Shown here piece by piece: positions 19,732 to 29,791 of a stretch of DNA of 64,000 nt (its first letter is position 1; every line of letters begins with the position of its first letter). A model generated the notes under the pieces. It was not told the origin of the DNA, made no database searches, and saw nothing but the letters and a program-made list of their open reading frames with translations. Source of the DNA: a virus (taxonomy: Duplodnaviria; Caudoviricetes). The position numbers and the translations under genes are program-made. Location of the stretch: IMG/VR virus record IMGVR_UViG_3300028175_000001; one strand, given 5' to 3'.

Positions 19732-21597
19732 TTAATAATTCACTATTGTAGTTTGAGTTGTTGCGGAATCAGTAGTAATAACTTGAGTTTGGTCAATAAC
19801 TGTGGAAACATCATTCATTTTCAAATTAATATCCATTTCTTGAATTGTAATTAATTGCGCCCTCAAAGATAAAACATCACTTAAAACTGGTATCATTATT
19901 ATGCTAATTTCATTACCAATATATGAAAAAGGATCAAAAGCATTTAATATTAGTTTTCCAGTTATATAATTAACTGTACCAATATTATCTCTAACAAACA
20001 ATTCAGTTCCTTCAGAATTTATTCTATAGATTTTTAGCACACCATTAAAATCTTTTATTCTACAGCCCTGTCTTAAAACATTTTGGTCATCTGTAATAGT
20101 AAATGAAGTAGAAGATATAGTAGCAGAATGATTCAAGTGAGGATGACTAATAGGATTATTATAGTTTAAAATATATGTTGATGAAGTATTCAATATTGGA
20201 GTTATTGTTTTTCTCAATCTAATAGCACAATCATTACCTAATATAGAAAAATCAGTACTGTCAATTTTTGTTTGTAATTTTGACAGTCTAAATGTCTGTT
20301 CGAATTTATAAAGGTCCTCAGAAACATATGATTGTATAGACCTTATAATACCACTTCTTAATGTTTGTGAAGTTTTTATTGTTTTTCGAGAATCAAAATT
20401 AACAGTTGTTGTTAATAAAATATAGATATAATCTAAATCAACAAACTCAGGCGTTATAGACGCAACGTTATATTTTTTAATAATATTGGTTTTAATATGA
20501 TTTTTTATCGAATCAGTTAAATAAAGTCCTGATTTAGGTTTTATGCCTATAAAAACCTTCCCATATTCTGGTGGATCTGCATCTTCTCCGCCATATACAA
20601 CTATTGATTCTGCTAACGGATAATCTCTTAATATTATTCTTTTATAATCGTCCGTTGTTACTGCTCGATTTTGAGTACTATAGTGCCTAGGAGCATTAAA
20701 TCTTATAGAATTAATAGTTTCTTCTTCTGACCCACCCTCTGCTTTACTATTAGTCGTAATATTAACGGCCGAATAACCACCAGCAGTTGTCGCAACAGCG
20801 AAATTATTTGCACCATTTCCTAAACCACCCGAGCAGATATTATAATTAATAATAACAATATTACCCGTTATTAATTTTCTTCCTAAAACCCCGTCTCCAA
20901 ATTTTATTTCGGTTAAAAAATCTGTACTTTCTTCTATAAAAAACACATTTGACGTTGAACTAAGTTCAATCAAATCGGATGCTTGATTATAAGGAGATAA
21001 TATTGTACTAGAAGAATTTTCTTTAATAGAAACTGTAATTGTCGAATGGTCAACTCCTCTATTAGGGACAGTAAATCTTTGTGACGAATCTTGTGTATTA
21101 GCAGTATAATTATAAGTTAAAGGATCTCCCTCGATTAATGAAACATTTTGCACAACAACAGTTGCATTATCAGAATTTGCAGTTGTTGAATATGACTGAT
21201 CTGTTACAAAAGTATAATTAATACCATTTATGGCAGAACCGAATCTTGTATTTTTTGCTATAGTAATATTTGCTGGAGCATCATCAGGAGTTATTGATAT
21301 ATTTACATTTGCTTTTGCGCCGGTTCTTGATTTTGGAACATATCCTAATAGTTTAGACAAAGAAATCATGGCACTTCTGGTAGTCGCTGAATCTATAAAC
21401 ATTTCATTTGCAACCATGTTCAAATAAAAAGCATTATAATGAGTATTGTACGCTAAAATATCTAATAAATGAGCAATAGTAGAACCATCTAAATTATAGT
21501 CTCTAAAAACATCTTGTTCTTTAAGATAGCTTTTAAAATTGGTTTTTATTTGATCAAAATCTAATTCTGAAACTCTTAATTTAGTAGTTTCTGACAT
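19732..21597 (-). CDS. gp6: Baseplate wedge subunit
   Basis: SELDFDQIKTNFK, LLDILAYNTHYNAFYLNM, QNRAVTTDDYK, PPEYGKVFIGIKP. Confidence 0.95.
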   Translation of the reverse strand: MSETTKLRVSELDFDQIKTNFKSYLKEQDVFRDYNLDGSTIAHLLDILAYNTHYNAFYLNMVANEMFIDSATTRSAMISLSKLLGYVPKSRTGAKANVNISITPDDAPANITIAKNTRFGSAINGINYTFVTDQSYSTTANSDNATVVVQNVSLIEGDPLTYNYTANTQDSSQRFTVPNRGVDHSTITVSIKENSSSTILSPYNQASDLIELSSTSNVFFIEESTDFLTEIKFGDGVLGRKLITGNIVIINYNICSGGLGNGANNFAVATTAGGYSAVNITTNSKAEGGSEEETINSIRFNAPRHYSTQNRAVTTDDYKRIILRDYPLAESIVVYGGEDADPPEYGKVFIGIKPKSGLYLTDSIKNHIKTNIIKKYNVASITPEFVDLDYIYILLTTTVNFDSRKTIKTSQTLRSGIIRSIQSYVSEDLYKFEQTFRLSKLQTKIDSTDFSILGNDCAIRLRKTITPILNTSSTYILNYNNPISHPHLNHSATISSTSFTITDDQNVLRQGCRIKDFNGVLKIYRINSEGTELFVRDNIGTVNYITGKLILNAFDPFSYIGNEISIIMIPVLSDVLSLRAQLITIQEMDINLKMNDVSTVIDQTQVITTDSATTQTTIVNY

Positions 21598-22074
21598 TTA
21601 ATTACCTCTTGTTGATTCTAAAAATGCTGTAAATGTTACTGGTTCAGATTCATTTACAACTGAAAAAATTATCTTAATGCGATAACCTGCACCATCTCTC
21701 TCATTATTAACAATTACGTCTAATATATTTGCTCTGGGTTCAAAGTTCGCAACTACAGATCTAATTTCATCTTCAATCAATTGTTCAGTAATTATATCGT
21801 GCGGCTCAAATAACAAATCCATTATGTTTGAACCAATACCGGGCTGAAACACCCTTTCAAATTTTCTAGTTAGAATTAATTTTTTCAAAGATTCTTTTAC
21901 TGCATTAGACCCTGTTTTTAAAGCAAGGTCTCCTGTATTAGGATTATGATAAAATTGTATATTTAAATCTCTAGGTGATAGTAGAGACAAAAATCTAATT
22001 GATTGCCTATCAGTAAGATCTAGTTGAGCCTGATCAAAGGTATAAAAGTCTTCTTGAGTTGAATTTGTAGCCAT
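21598..22074 (-). CDS. gp25: Baseplate wedge subunit (start revised from 22170 to 22074)
   Basis: DLNIQFYHNPNTGDL...AVKESLKKLILTRKFERVFQPGIGS...FEPRA; a late promoter lies just upstream of ATG 22074. Confidence 0.9.
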   Translation of the reverse strand: MATNSTQEDFYTFDQAQLDLTDRQSIRFLSLLSPRDLNIQFYHNPNTGDLALKTGSNAVKESLKKLILTRKFERVFQPGIGSNIMDLLFEPHDIITEQLIEDEIRSVVANFEPRANILDVIVNNERDGAGYRIKIIFSVVNESEPVTFTAFLESTRGN

Positions 22075-22079
22075 ATGTA

Positions 22080-22087
22080 TATTTAGT
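22080..22087 (-). promoter_or_regulatory. Late promoter variant ACTAAATA
   Basis: 5 nt before the gp25 ATG at 22074. Confidence 0.65.
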
Positions 22088-22096
22088 CTTATTTTC

Positions 22097-22336
22097 TTAT
22101 GAGAGAGTTCCTTTGCCTGTTCCCGCTCCAGAACCCGTTGTTGGACCCCCACCAGTTGAGCATACACCAACTCCAGTGGTTACAGTAGTCACTGAAGTAG
22201 TAACATCTGCGGCACTTACATAAGTGTGTATTGCAGTAGCCAATAATTCAGCAACTTTTTCTTCTGATCCTGCCGCAGATCCAATTTTAAATGCGGACTT
22301 TATATTAGTTTCTAATGTTTTTTTAAGCAGTGGCAT
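22097..22336 (-). CDS. Small Gly/Thr-rich protein, candidate spike-tip (PAAR substitute)
   Basis: Helical N-half, C-half VTTVTTGVGVCSTGGGPTTGSGAGTGKGTLS; immediately upstream of gp25. Confidence 0.45.
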   Translation of the reverse strand: MPLLKKTLETNIKSAFKIGSAAGSEEKVAELLATAIHTYVSAADVTTSVTTVTTGVGVCSTGGGPTTGSGAGTGKGTLS

Positions 22337-22345
22337 ACTGTCTCC

Positions 22346-25300
22346 TTATGCGGCAGTTGTGAATGAATTAAACCACGTTACATTTGTGGTTAAAGATTTT
22401 CCCCCTTCATTTGTTCCCCCCACAGTAGATCCGACTCTTAAAAAATATCGAGTTCCCGCACTTAAACTTGCACCAAGTTGTATTTTTATTTGTGTTCCGA
22501 ATTTACCGCACGGTGTAAGTGTTCCATTACCTATAGCGATAGTGGTTCCTGGAGAAAAATCATGAGCCGTTCCTAATTCTATTTCTGAATTCAATGCAAA
22601 CGATGTCACATCAGGAACTTCATTAAAGTGTATGATAATAGGAGTTGATTTTGATATTACTGAAGATTGACTCGGCATATTTACAGCCAAAGCGGAACCT
22701 ACTTCTAATTCTATTTCTTGACCGTCTGCGGTGTAAACAGAAGCGTTCACTGCTTTAAAATCAATATTTGTGGCAGTATTAGCATAATACAATGTAGTAG
22801 AAAAAGCATTCTGCAAATTCATATCACCTTTATTTTTTGCTGTCTGAGTCACCTTAGCATAGAGGTTTTTATTTTGTGTTAAATTTAAACTCGTGTTTGA
22901 CAATATTGCTGGTTGAAATTCAAATACAGTTTCATTATTTGAAGTAATAAAGCTTGTACTCAATGGTATTGTATTCTGAAACCCGCTATCGTATGAAAGT
23001 AATATATTATAACCACTACGGACAGCGGAATCTACAGCATTAAAATTAATACTTTCATCATCCATTGTTTGATTAAACGTGTAGATAACATTTGACTGAA
23101 CATTAATAGAATTTTTAATTGATCCGCTTGTTGACACTAAACTGCCATCAGTATTAGTAAAAAACACATTTGCTACAATTGCAGTAGATGCGGTTTTAAA
23201 TCCTGCACCAACCAAACCAGCTGTCCCAGCACTTCCTGTCCAAGCATAACCGTTCGATGTTCTTCCTACAATCCTTTCTATTGATGAAGTTCCGGCTAAA
23301 AATTCATTATCTTTTTTATTGTCTCTATACAATATTCTTTTAGTTCCTGATGTAAAAGAAACAACATTTCCTTCTGCGGGATCAGTTATTGCAACATTAT
23401 CAATTGTAAAATTAACAGAACTATTTACTTTACACTCTTCGCCAGGAACCAAGGATTTAATAGATCCATCTTGACCGGGCAATTCCGTATATCTAATAGA
23501 CGTTATAGCAGAATCGACTTCAATAGCATCTAAAATTTGTCCATAACCCTTTGATGTTGTTCCCAAGAACGTATCTCCAGCAGTTAATCCAGTAGTTATT
23601 GTTCCTGTATTTGATTTAATCGTTAAAGTAATAATACCCGATATAATTTCCCCTGGAACAAAATAATCGGCAGAAGAAGGTGGATTGCTTTCTATCGAAA
23701 AAGTTTTTATAGAACTCACATTATCTGCTATCATTTGATTTCCTTCTTGCGAAGAATCACGAACGCTCTTAAAAACTTTTAAAGTATAAACAGTGTTTGC
23801 TGACAAATTCGCTACAGGAGTGAATTTAAATGTATCATTATCTTCATCTGTCGATGATACACGCGGAATCGATGACATTTGTACAACTGTATTGTAATTA
23901 TCAGAAGATAATTGGACTGTCCCGGTAGGCACCGTACTTGTGGTTGCAGAAGTTATTGAATTTATATTCATACTCTCGGAAAACTGAATTACTAAAGATT
24001 CACCATTAAAATTTATGGGAACAGATTGATAATCATCAGGAGAGGTTATTTCAGAAAGAGTTCCGCTTTCAAAAACTTTTCCCGCAAATCCAGAAGCACC
24101 AAAATCACTTGAACCAAATATTTTTTTAATTTCTGGCGGATCTTCGTCTTTTGAATAAATCACTTCTTTACCGGTTATTGGATCTCTGACAACCAAACCA
24201 GTCGCAATACCTTCAGTTGTTGTGAATTCATAAAGACTATTTGTTTTTCCCAAATCTTGAATAGATGTTGTTGCTTTTATTTTATATCGATGTTCTCTTT
24301 TAAGAATTTCAGGAATAACCGCAAAAACAGAATTACCCGCACTTGCTACTATTGAAACGCAAGATTCAATATCTTCAAAACCAGAATCGGATAACTGTAT
24401 TGTGCTTGAAGATGAATCTTGCAAATATGCCCACGAATTAGAAGTTACAAAATCCCCAGTTGATCCATTTGCTGAAATTAAATGAGTACTGTTCGCAACT
24501 ATAATGGTGCTTGTATTCATAGATTGACTGAAATTTATGAATATAGAATTAAATCTTTCATCATAAGTAGCTCCATTATCATTACTAATTTGAAGTTTGG
24601 GATTGCCGGGAGCGGGACTCTGTACACCTGAAAAATTACTAGTTGACCCCATATCATATTGAAAAGTATTTGAAGACGGAACATACAAAACAGTTTTTGT
24701 CGTATTATAAATCGATTGAGTAGATCCAACAATTTTTATAAAACTACCGGTAGATAAATTATGAGGATGATTTGTAGACACAAGAGCAATAGCACCTTTT
24801 CTTGTAATTTGGGTAATTGTCAATTTTCTAGGAAACGATCCTCCATTTTCAGGAAAGGTTGAAATCACTTTCGGAGCCGATGAATGAAAAGGATGCACAT
24901 TATGTTCAGGAGAAGTATTCGCTTTTATATGAAAGCGAGTATAAGTATTCTGGGTCAAAGAAGTTGAAATATCAACTATAGAATTATTAACAAAAGAATC
25001 AGTTGTGATTTTTGCTTCAGAATCAATTGGAACATATGATAGAGTTGAATTATTGAACTTTATTAAGTTCCCTTTTGCACTTGAACTGGTTGGTCCGCTA
25101 TCTTTAATTGTATAAAATGTTTTATTCATCAAGTTATCGAGCCCATTAATCGAATTTTTCTGAGAGACAGATAATGATTTTTTTCTTATAGTATACGTAT
25201 TAGACGCACTATTCGCTGATTTAGACCACATTAATAAATCATTTTTATTCACATTTCTGTAATAATTTAACCCACCGGCATCACTTGCTCTACCATCCAC

Positions 25301-26278
25301 TGGAATAGAAAAAGTGTCTGAAGTAATTTCTGTTATTGTATATTCACCTATAGTGACTGCATTTCCACTTACGACATCGTAAATTTCGATTTTATCATTA
25401 TCAATTAGGTGATGATTTATGCTAGTTATCACTATAGGATTTGTAGCAGTATAAGTCACATTCATGTTATACGAATCAGGCTCTAATTGATATGTTAATT
25501 TCGTCCCATCTATAGATTGAATTTTTAAAACAGTTGATGCAGAAATTGTTCCATTTGCCCGATATAACCTCATATCATCCCCGCTCTCAAATTGTGGATG
25601 AGCATCGTTTGCTGAGACAGGACCTATTTCAGTTCCAAGCAATGAAGCAGGTTCAACTTGCATTGAAAATCCGTTATAATAATCGTTTGTAGTCACAAAA
25701 CTCATTGTATTATCAGTAACAAACCCCTTTTCAGTATTATAACTAATTTTTGATCCAGTCCAGTCAACTAAAGCATCATTATCTATTTTTAAAAAATAAG
25801 TGGTATTAGAAGAAAGATTTGCTTTTGGGGTAAATTCATAAGTTATATTATCATCTGTTTTTGCAAGAGAAGACATTTCTACAAATTCGTCAATTGCAAT
25901 GTTAGTATATGCGGTTTCTGGTAAAGAAGTCAATTTTAAGGATTGTAGATTATTGTCATCAGCAACATTTCCGGTAGTTCCAGTGACAACATGCGTTAGA
26001 CCAATAGTTCCTATTACATTTTGATAAGCAACAGGTAATTCAATATCTTTATTAAATGTTTTGACAGAACTATTATCAACTTCTTGTGTAAACTTTATAG
26101 AAATTTTATTATCGATATCAGTAAAAATAGAACCGTTTTTTAAATCATCATTAGAATAATAATCCACGCCAGAAATACCAGATGTTCCAGCATATTCATA
26201 TATTCCCGAATCACCAGCACTTCCGCTTGATGAATAAGTTGTATAAGTTCCTGTTCTAGAAATTGCATTGTTAGACAT
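22346..26278 (-). CDS. Large multi-Ig-domain (Big_5/SbsA-like) virion protein
   Basis: Recurrent I-x-F-[ST]-x-x-[MV]-[DN] and F-x-P-x-x-x-L-S-x-N-T-x-Y-x-L motifs: KFTQEVDNSS, FTPKANLSSNTTYFLKI, NFSQSMNTST, QFSESMNINS, FTPVANLSANTVYTLKV, TFNQTMDDES, LSAGTRYFLRV. Confidence 0.7.
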   Translation of the reverse strand: MSNNAISRTGTYTTYSSSGSAGDSGIYEYAGTSGISGVDYYSNDDLKNGSIFTDIDNKISIKFTQEVDNSSVKTFNKDIELPVAYQNVIGTIGLTHVVTGTTGNVADDNNLQSLKLTSLPETAYTNIAIDEFVEMSSLAKTDDNITYEFTPKANLSSNTTYFLKIDNDALVDWTGSKISYNTEKGFVTDNTMSFVTTNDYYNGFSMQVEPASLLGTEIGPVSANDAHPQFESGDDMRLYRANGTISASTVLKIQSIDGTKLTYQLEPDSYNMNVTYTATNPIVITSINHHLIDNDKIEIYDVVSGNAVTIGEYTITEITSDTFSIPVDGRASDAGGLNYYRNVNKNDLLMWSKSANSASNTYTIRKKSLSVSQKNSINGLDNLMNKTFYTIKDSGPTSSSAKGNLIKFNNSTLSYVPIDSEAKITTDSFVNNSIVDISTSLTQNTYTRFHIKANTSPEHNVHPFHSSAPKVISTFPENGGSFPRKLTITQITRKGAIALVSTNHPHNLSTGSFIKIVGSTQSIYNTTKTVLYVPSSNTFQYDMGSTSNFSGVQSPAPGNPKLQISNDNGATYDERFNSIFINFSQSMNTSTIIVANSTHLISANGSTGDFVTSNSWAYLQDSSSSTIQLSDSGFEDIESCVSIVASAGNSVFAVIPEILKREHRYKIKATTSIQDLGKTNSLYEFTTTEGIATGLVVRDPITGKEVIYSKDEDPPEIKKIFGSSDFGASGFAGKVFESGTLSEITSPDDYQSVPINFNGESLVIQFSESMNINSITSATTSTVPTGTVQLSSDNYNTVVQMSSIPRVSSTDEDNDTFKFTPVANLSANTVYTLKVFKSVRDSSQEGNQMIADNVSSIKTFSIESNPPSSADYFVPGEIISGIITLTIKSNTGTITTGLTAGDTFLGTTSKGYGQILDAIEVDSAITSIRYTELPGQDGSIKSLVPGEECKVNSSVNFTIDNVAITDPAEGNVVSFTSGTKRILYRDNKKDNEFLAGTSSIERIVGRTSNGYAWTGSAGTAGLVGAGFKTASTAIVANVFFTNTDGSLVSTSGSIKNSINVQSNVIYTFNQTMDDESINFNAVDSAVRSGYNILLSYDSGFQNTIPLSTSFITSNNETVFEFQPAILSNTSLNLTQNKNLYAKVTQTAKNKGDMNLQNAFSTTLYYANTATNIDFKAVNASVYTADGQEIELEVGSALAVNMPSQSSVISKSTPIIIHFNEVPDVTSFALNSEIELGTAHDFSPGTTIAIGNGTLTPCGKFGTQIKIQLGASLSAGTRYFLRVGSTVGGTNEGGKSLTTNVTWFNSFTTAA

Positions 26279-29200
26279 TAAACCAATTCCCCAAATTCTA
26301 CAGTTACAGGATGTATATCAAAGCCAATATTCAACATTTTTTTTTCTCTTAATGATTGTCCTTCGAGATTGGTGATACCCCGTTGAACTAAAATTTTATA
26401 TTTTTCATTAGATCTTGTCAATGGGACTTTTGATTTTAAATCCACATTAAAAAATTGCTGTTTAAATTTACCAGTTTCTTCATCAGCATGAGCATCTCCT
26501 TCAATACTAGTTTTTGGTTGTTGATCAAATTGATGAAAAGATGTGTCGTCAGAAAACGAAACAGCTTTGGAAACCAACGATAAAGACGATGTTCCTTGAT
26601 ATAATACAACCGTATCATTTTCTGTAGGGGCATTCGCAAAAATAAAATTACCCATTTGTATTTTTGGAGAAAAATCTACAGTTTTTTCCATTTGTTTATT
26701 GATCGCATTTCTAGCAGATTTGTCTAATTTATAAGCATCGTTTGTAAATTTAATTCTTATAATTCCATCATCATCTATTCTTCCCAAGTTCTCTATTTCA
26801 ACCCAATTACCGTCGCTGTCTTGTCCTTGTATTTCTTTTACATAAGGTGCTATTTTTTGAGCAATACTATCTTCTCCATCATATAAATTAGCAAGAAATC
26901 CTTGCCCAAGAGTTGCCAGTCCATTAAAATTGTTCATAAACTTATCAAATTTTAATATATCAGGACCCTGAGCAAAAAACACAATAGCACCAGAATATTT
27001 TAAATTATCAAGCTCACTTAAGCTTTTAGGGATTCCGTCGGGTTCTATTTCATCATCAGACTTTACTCCTGGTTTTAAAACTTGTCTTTTCACCGTTTTA
27101 TTTAATCCAGTAAAAGGGTCTTGTATTGTGGCATCTATTTCTATTGTTTCAAGACTTATCTCTCGTACTTTATTTTTAGCAGTCTGCAATGCTTTTAACT
27201 TTCCTAGTTTCTCTTTAAAATCACTAACACCATCACCATTAAACATAACAGAATAAAGACCAGCCGCATTTAATCCCTTAGAGAAAAATGCGATCAATTG
27301 TTGAATTTGATCATTTAATCTTTGTATTGCTATTATTTGTCTTTCTAAAAATGCTATGTACTCATCTAATTTTTTGGATATACTTTCAACTTGTTTTTTA
27401 AAACCCTTTACCATGCCAATTGCTTCTTGTATAGTTGCACCGTATGCTGGAAATAAATCTGATACTCTTAAATATTTCCAATTAGGCGAAATATTTTTAT
27501 TAGACGAAGAAATTTGAAACGGTTGATTGGGAGGACCATTACTATCAGCTTCCGAGGGTATTCTTGTTTTCCAAGAATAAACTACACCATTTGGTGGAGA
27601 TATAGCCCCTTTCATATCAAAATTTAAAAAAGCAGTATCATATGTCCCATCATAATCTAAAATTCCTAATTCAATTTCAAGCGTATTCATTCCGATGGGT
27701 CTGGGCGATGCTTGAGAATGTGCTTTATCTGAATAAATAAATAGTTTATGTCTTGTTAAGTCATCCAAGCTTTCAATAGACTCCCCACCAACTTTAATAT
27801 TAGCAACTCGCCACTGCACATTCAATGACGGAATTATATCTAATAATTTACCGTGATTAAATTGAAACGCACTACCCGTTAATTTAGACTCATTATAAAT
27901 ATTTAAATTTCTATCGGAGGCGTCAAACGGTTGCAAATATTGATGATCAATTATCGATCCTTTTTTAAGATAACGTAAAAAATTAAGATAAGAATCTATG
28001 ACACTTGAACTATTATTACCTTCTAATAAAATATTAAGTCCTTTTTCAAAACCGCCTGCAGACTCACACTCATTTCTAATTCGATTTCCCCATGTTCCAG
28101 AAGGTATAATTTCTGTTAAAATGGGACTACCTTCTTTAATTGTCCCGAAAAAAGATCCAGTTGCTACTGAAATCGGTTTTTCTAATGTATCTGTTCTAAA
28201 AATTGCATAATTTTCAGGAGCAATAAATTTACTTGAAATCGCTCGAACAATTGGTATTGTTGCGGAATTAAGAGGTTTATGGTTTGTTTTTTGTAGTTCA
28301 CCTCTAACATTTTTCACCTTAACATTATTTTGTATAACCATACCATTTAAAATAACTATTGGTAGATGTTCAATAACTTCAGCAGAAAAATTGGTAAATC
28401 CTAATATTCCACCCTCTTGAATAATTTTATCTCCTGGTTTAAACATGGGCAGTTTATACTTACGGTGAGTTTTATGTATTCCGTTTTTATATGTCCCATC
28501 TTTAAGATCTGTTCTTGGTTTAAAATCCGCAAGTTCATAGAACCACTCTTCTGGACTTTGTAAAAATCCAAGGTCTTTTCCTGAAGCCCTTTTTATTGCA
28601 TTATCAGTTCCTGTTGGTTTATAAAGCGATTCTCCTAATGAAATAGTCATTTTTGTATCATCTGGCTGGACTAAAAACGCGGACTGAGCCAGTTCATCTC
28701 CTAGGGTAGAACCAAAATAATCCACAAACGATTGTATAATTTGAATTACATCATTAATTGTTGGAAGAGTAAACATAATCATAAATGCTTTATATGGACC
28801 AGACCCAGTTGGTCTATTGCTATCTGGATTAGATCCTGATAAAGATTCTATTATTTTATTTACACAATCTTTTGGAGTTAATTCTTTAAGGATTGCATTT
28901 TTTTGAGTAGCATCAATTGTAGCAAAAAGCGCATCTTTAGCTCCTTCAACAATTTGTCCAGTCACCGATTGTGTTATGGATCCGGGATCTGTAAACCCAG
29001 TTAAAAATGCATTTTTCTGTCTTTCGGCTGTCGCCGCGGCAGTATCAGTATAAAAAACAGAAGAACCTTTCCAGGATTCTGGATGAAAAAAATTACGAAT
29101 ACCCATCAACGAATCATAAATCAAAGCCCTTGACAGACCAGAACCATCATTTTTGGCATCAATCAATGCTTGATCAGGTGTAAGTAAAGTTTCTCCGTTT

Positions 29201-29625
29201 TGCGTTTTTACAAACAAACCCGATTCACTATAACCAAGATTTTGAGCATCTTGTCCATGCAGAGCGGCGACAAGACCAAGAACTGCTTCGTCTAATTTAG
29301 AAGTATTCAATGATGGAGGATATGTTCCATCTTTCCACGGCCAAACAGAAACACTACCAAAACCCAAACCATCCAATTCTTCAAGTGCTTCTATTAGAGC
29401 ATCAATGGTTTCAATTAAAGCCGCAGTAAGAGGATTTTTAAATGCCTGCAAAAACATTTTTGTTGTTTGAAAAAACTGAATTAACGTCTCTGAAATTCTT
29501 GAAAATTCAGCACCAAATGCAGATAGCCCCTTTAAAAATTCATTTAAAGCATCACCCGCAGATCCACCAAAAGGCGAGCCCTCCATTTGTTTTAGAACAT
29601 TATCTTCAGGATTTGACTCAGCCAC
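26278..29625 (-). CDS. Large hypothetical protein in the baseplate hub cluster (GTG start)
   Basis: 1115 aa; amphipathic helical N-terminus, coiled coil KKLDEYIAFLERQIIAIQRLNDQIQQL, Ig-like C-terminal end YKILVQRGITNLEGQSL. Confidence 0.75.
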   Translation of the reverse strand: MAESNPEDNVLKQMEGSPFGGSAGDALNEFLKGLSAFGAEFSRISETLIQFFQTTKMFLQAFKNPLTAALIETIDALIEALEELDGLGFGSVSVWPWKDGTYPPSLNTSKLDEAVLGLVAALHGQDAQNLGYSESGLFVKTQNGETLLTPDQALIDAKNDGSGLSRALIYDSLMGIRNFFHPESWKGSSVFYTDTAAATAERQKNAFLTGFTDPGSITQSVTGQIVEGAKDALFATIDATQKNAILKELTPKDCVNKIIESLSGSNPDSNRPTGSGPYKAFMIMFTLPTINDVIQIIQSFVDYFGSTLGDELAQSAFLVQPDDTKMTISLGESLYKPTGTDNAIKRASGKDLGFLQSPEEWFYELADFKPRTDLKDGTYKNGIHKTHRKYKLPMFKPGDKIIQEGGILGFTNFSAEVIEHLPIVILNGMVIQNNVKVKNVRGELQKTNHKPLNSATIPIVRAISSKFIAPENYAIFRTDTLEKPISVATGSFFGTIKEGSPILTEIIPSGTWGNRIRNECESAGGFEKGLNILLEGNNSSSVIDSYLNFLRYLKKGSIIDHQYLQPFDASDRNLNIYNESKLTGSAFQFNHGKLLDIIPSLNVQWRVANIKVGGESIESLDDLTRHKLFIYSDKAHSQASPRPIGMNTLEIELGILDYDGTYDTAFLNFDMKGAISPPNGVVYSWKTRIPSEADSNGPPNQPFQISSSNKNISPNWKYLRVSDLFPAYGATIQEAIGMVKGFKKQVESISKKLDEYIAFLERQIIAIQRLNDQIQQLIAFFSKGLNAAGLYSVMFNGDGVSDFKEKLGKLKALQTAKNKVREISLETIEIDATIQDPFTGLNKTVKRQVLKPGVKSDDEIEPDGIPKSLSELDNLKYSGAIVFFAQGPDILKFDKFMNNFNGLATLGQGFLANLYDGEDSIAQKIAPYVKEIQGQDSDGNWVEIENLGRIDDDGIIRIKFTNDAYKLDKSARNAINKQMEKTVDFSPKIQMGNFIFANAPTENDTVVLYQGTSSLSLVSKAVSFSDDTSFHQFDQQPKTSIEGDAHADEETGKFKQQFFNVDLKSKVPLTRSNEKYKILVQRGITNLEGQSLREKKMLNIGFDIHPVTVEFGELV

Positions 29626-29791
29626 CGGTCTCCATTTCTTCTAATTGTTGTTTTTTTGCAATATCTAACTGATTTTTTAAAAATGATACATAATCATCAT
29701 TAAAGTTTTTAACTTTACCCAAAAGGTCTATCATATTACCGTTAATTATTGGCTGTTGTTCTAAAACAATTTCTTCGTCTTTTTTATTCAT
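29618..29791 (-). CDS. 57-aa hypothetical protein missed by the ORF track
   Basis: MNKKDEEIVLEQQPIINGNMIDLLGKVKNFNDDYVSFLKNQLDIAKKQQLEEMETGG*; ATG overlaps the gp5 TGA (ATGA) and the 3' end overlaps the next GTG start, filling the gap exactly. Confidence 0.7.
   Translation of the reverse strand: MNKKDEEIVLEQQPIINGNMIDLLGKVKNFNDDYVSFLKNQLDIAKKQQLEEMETGG

Noticed and set aside
22075-22170. Extended gp25 N-terminus from 22170
   Set aside because: It overlaps the 79-aa gene; a late promoter and the homology start fit ATG 22074.
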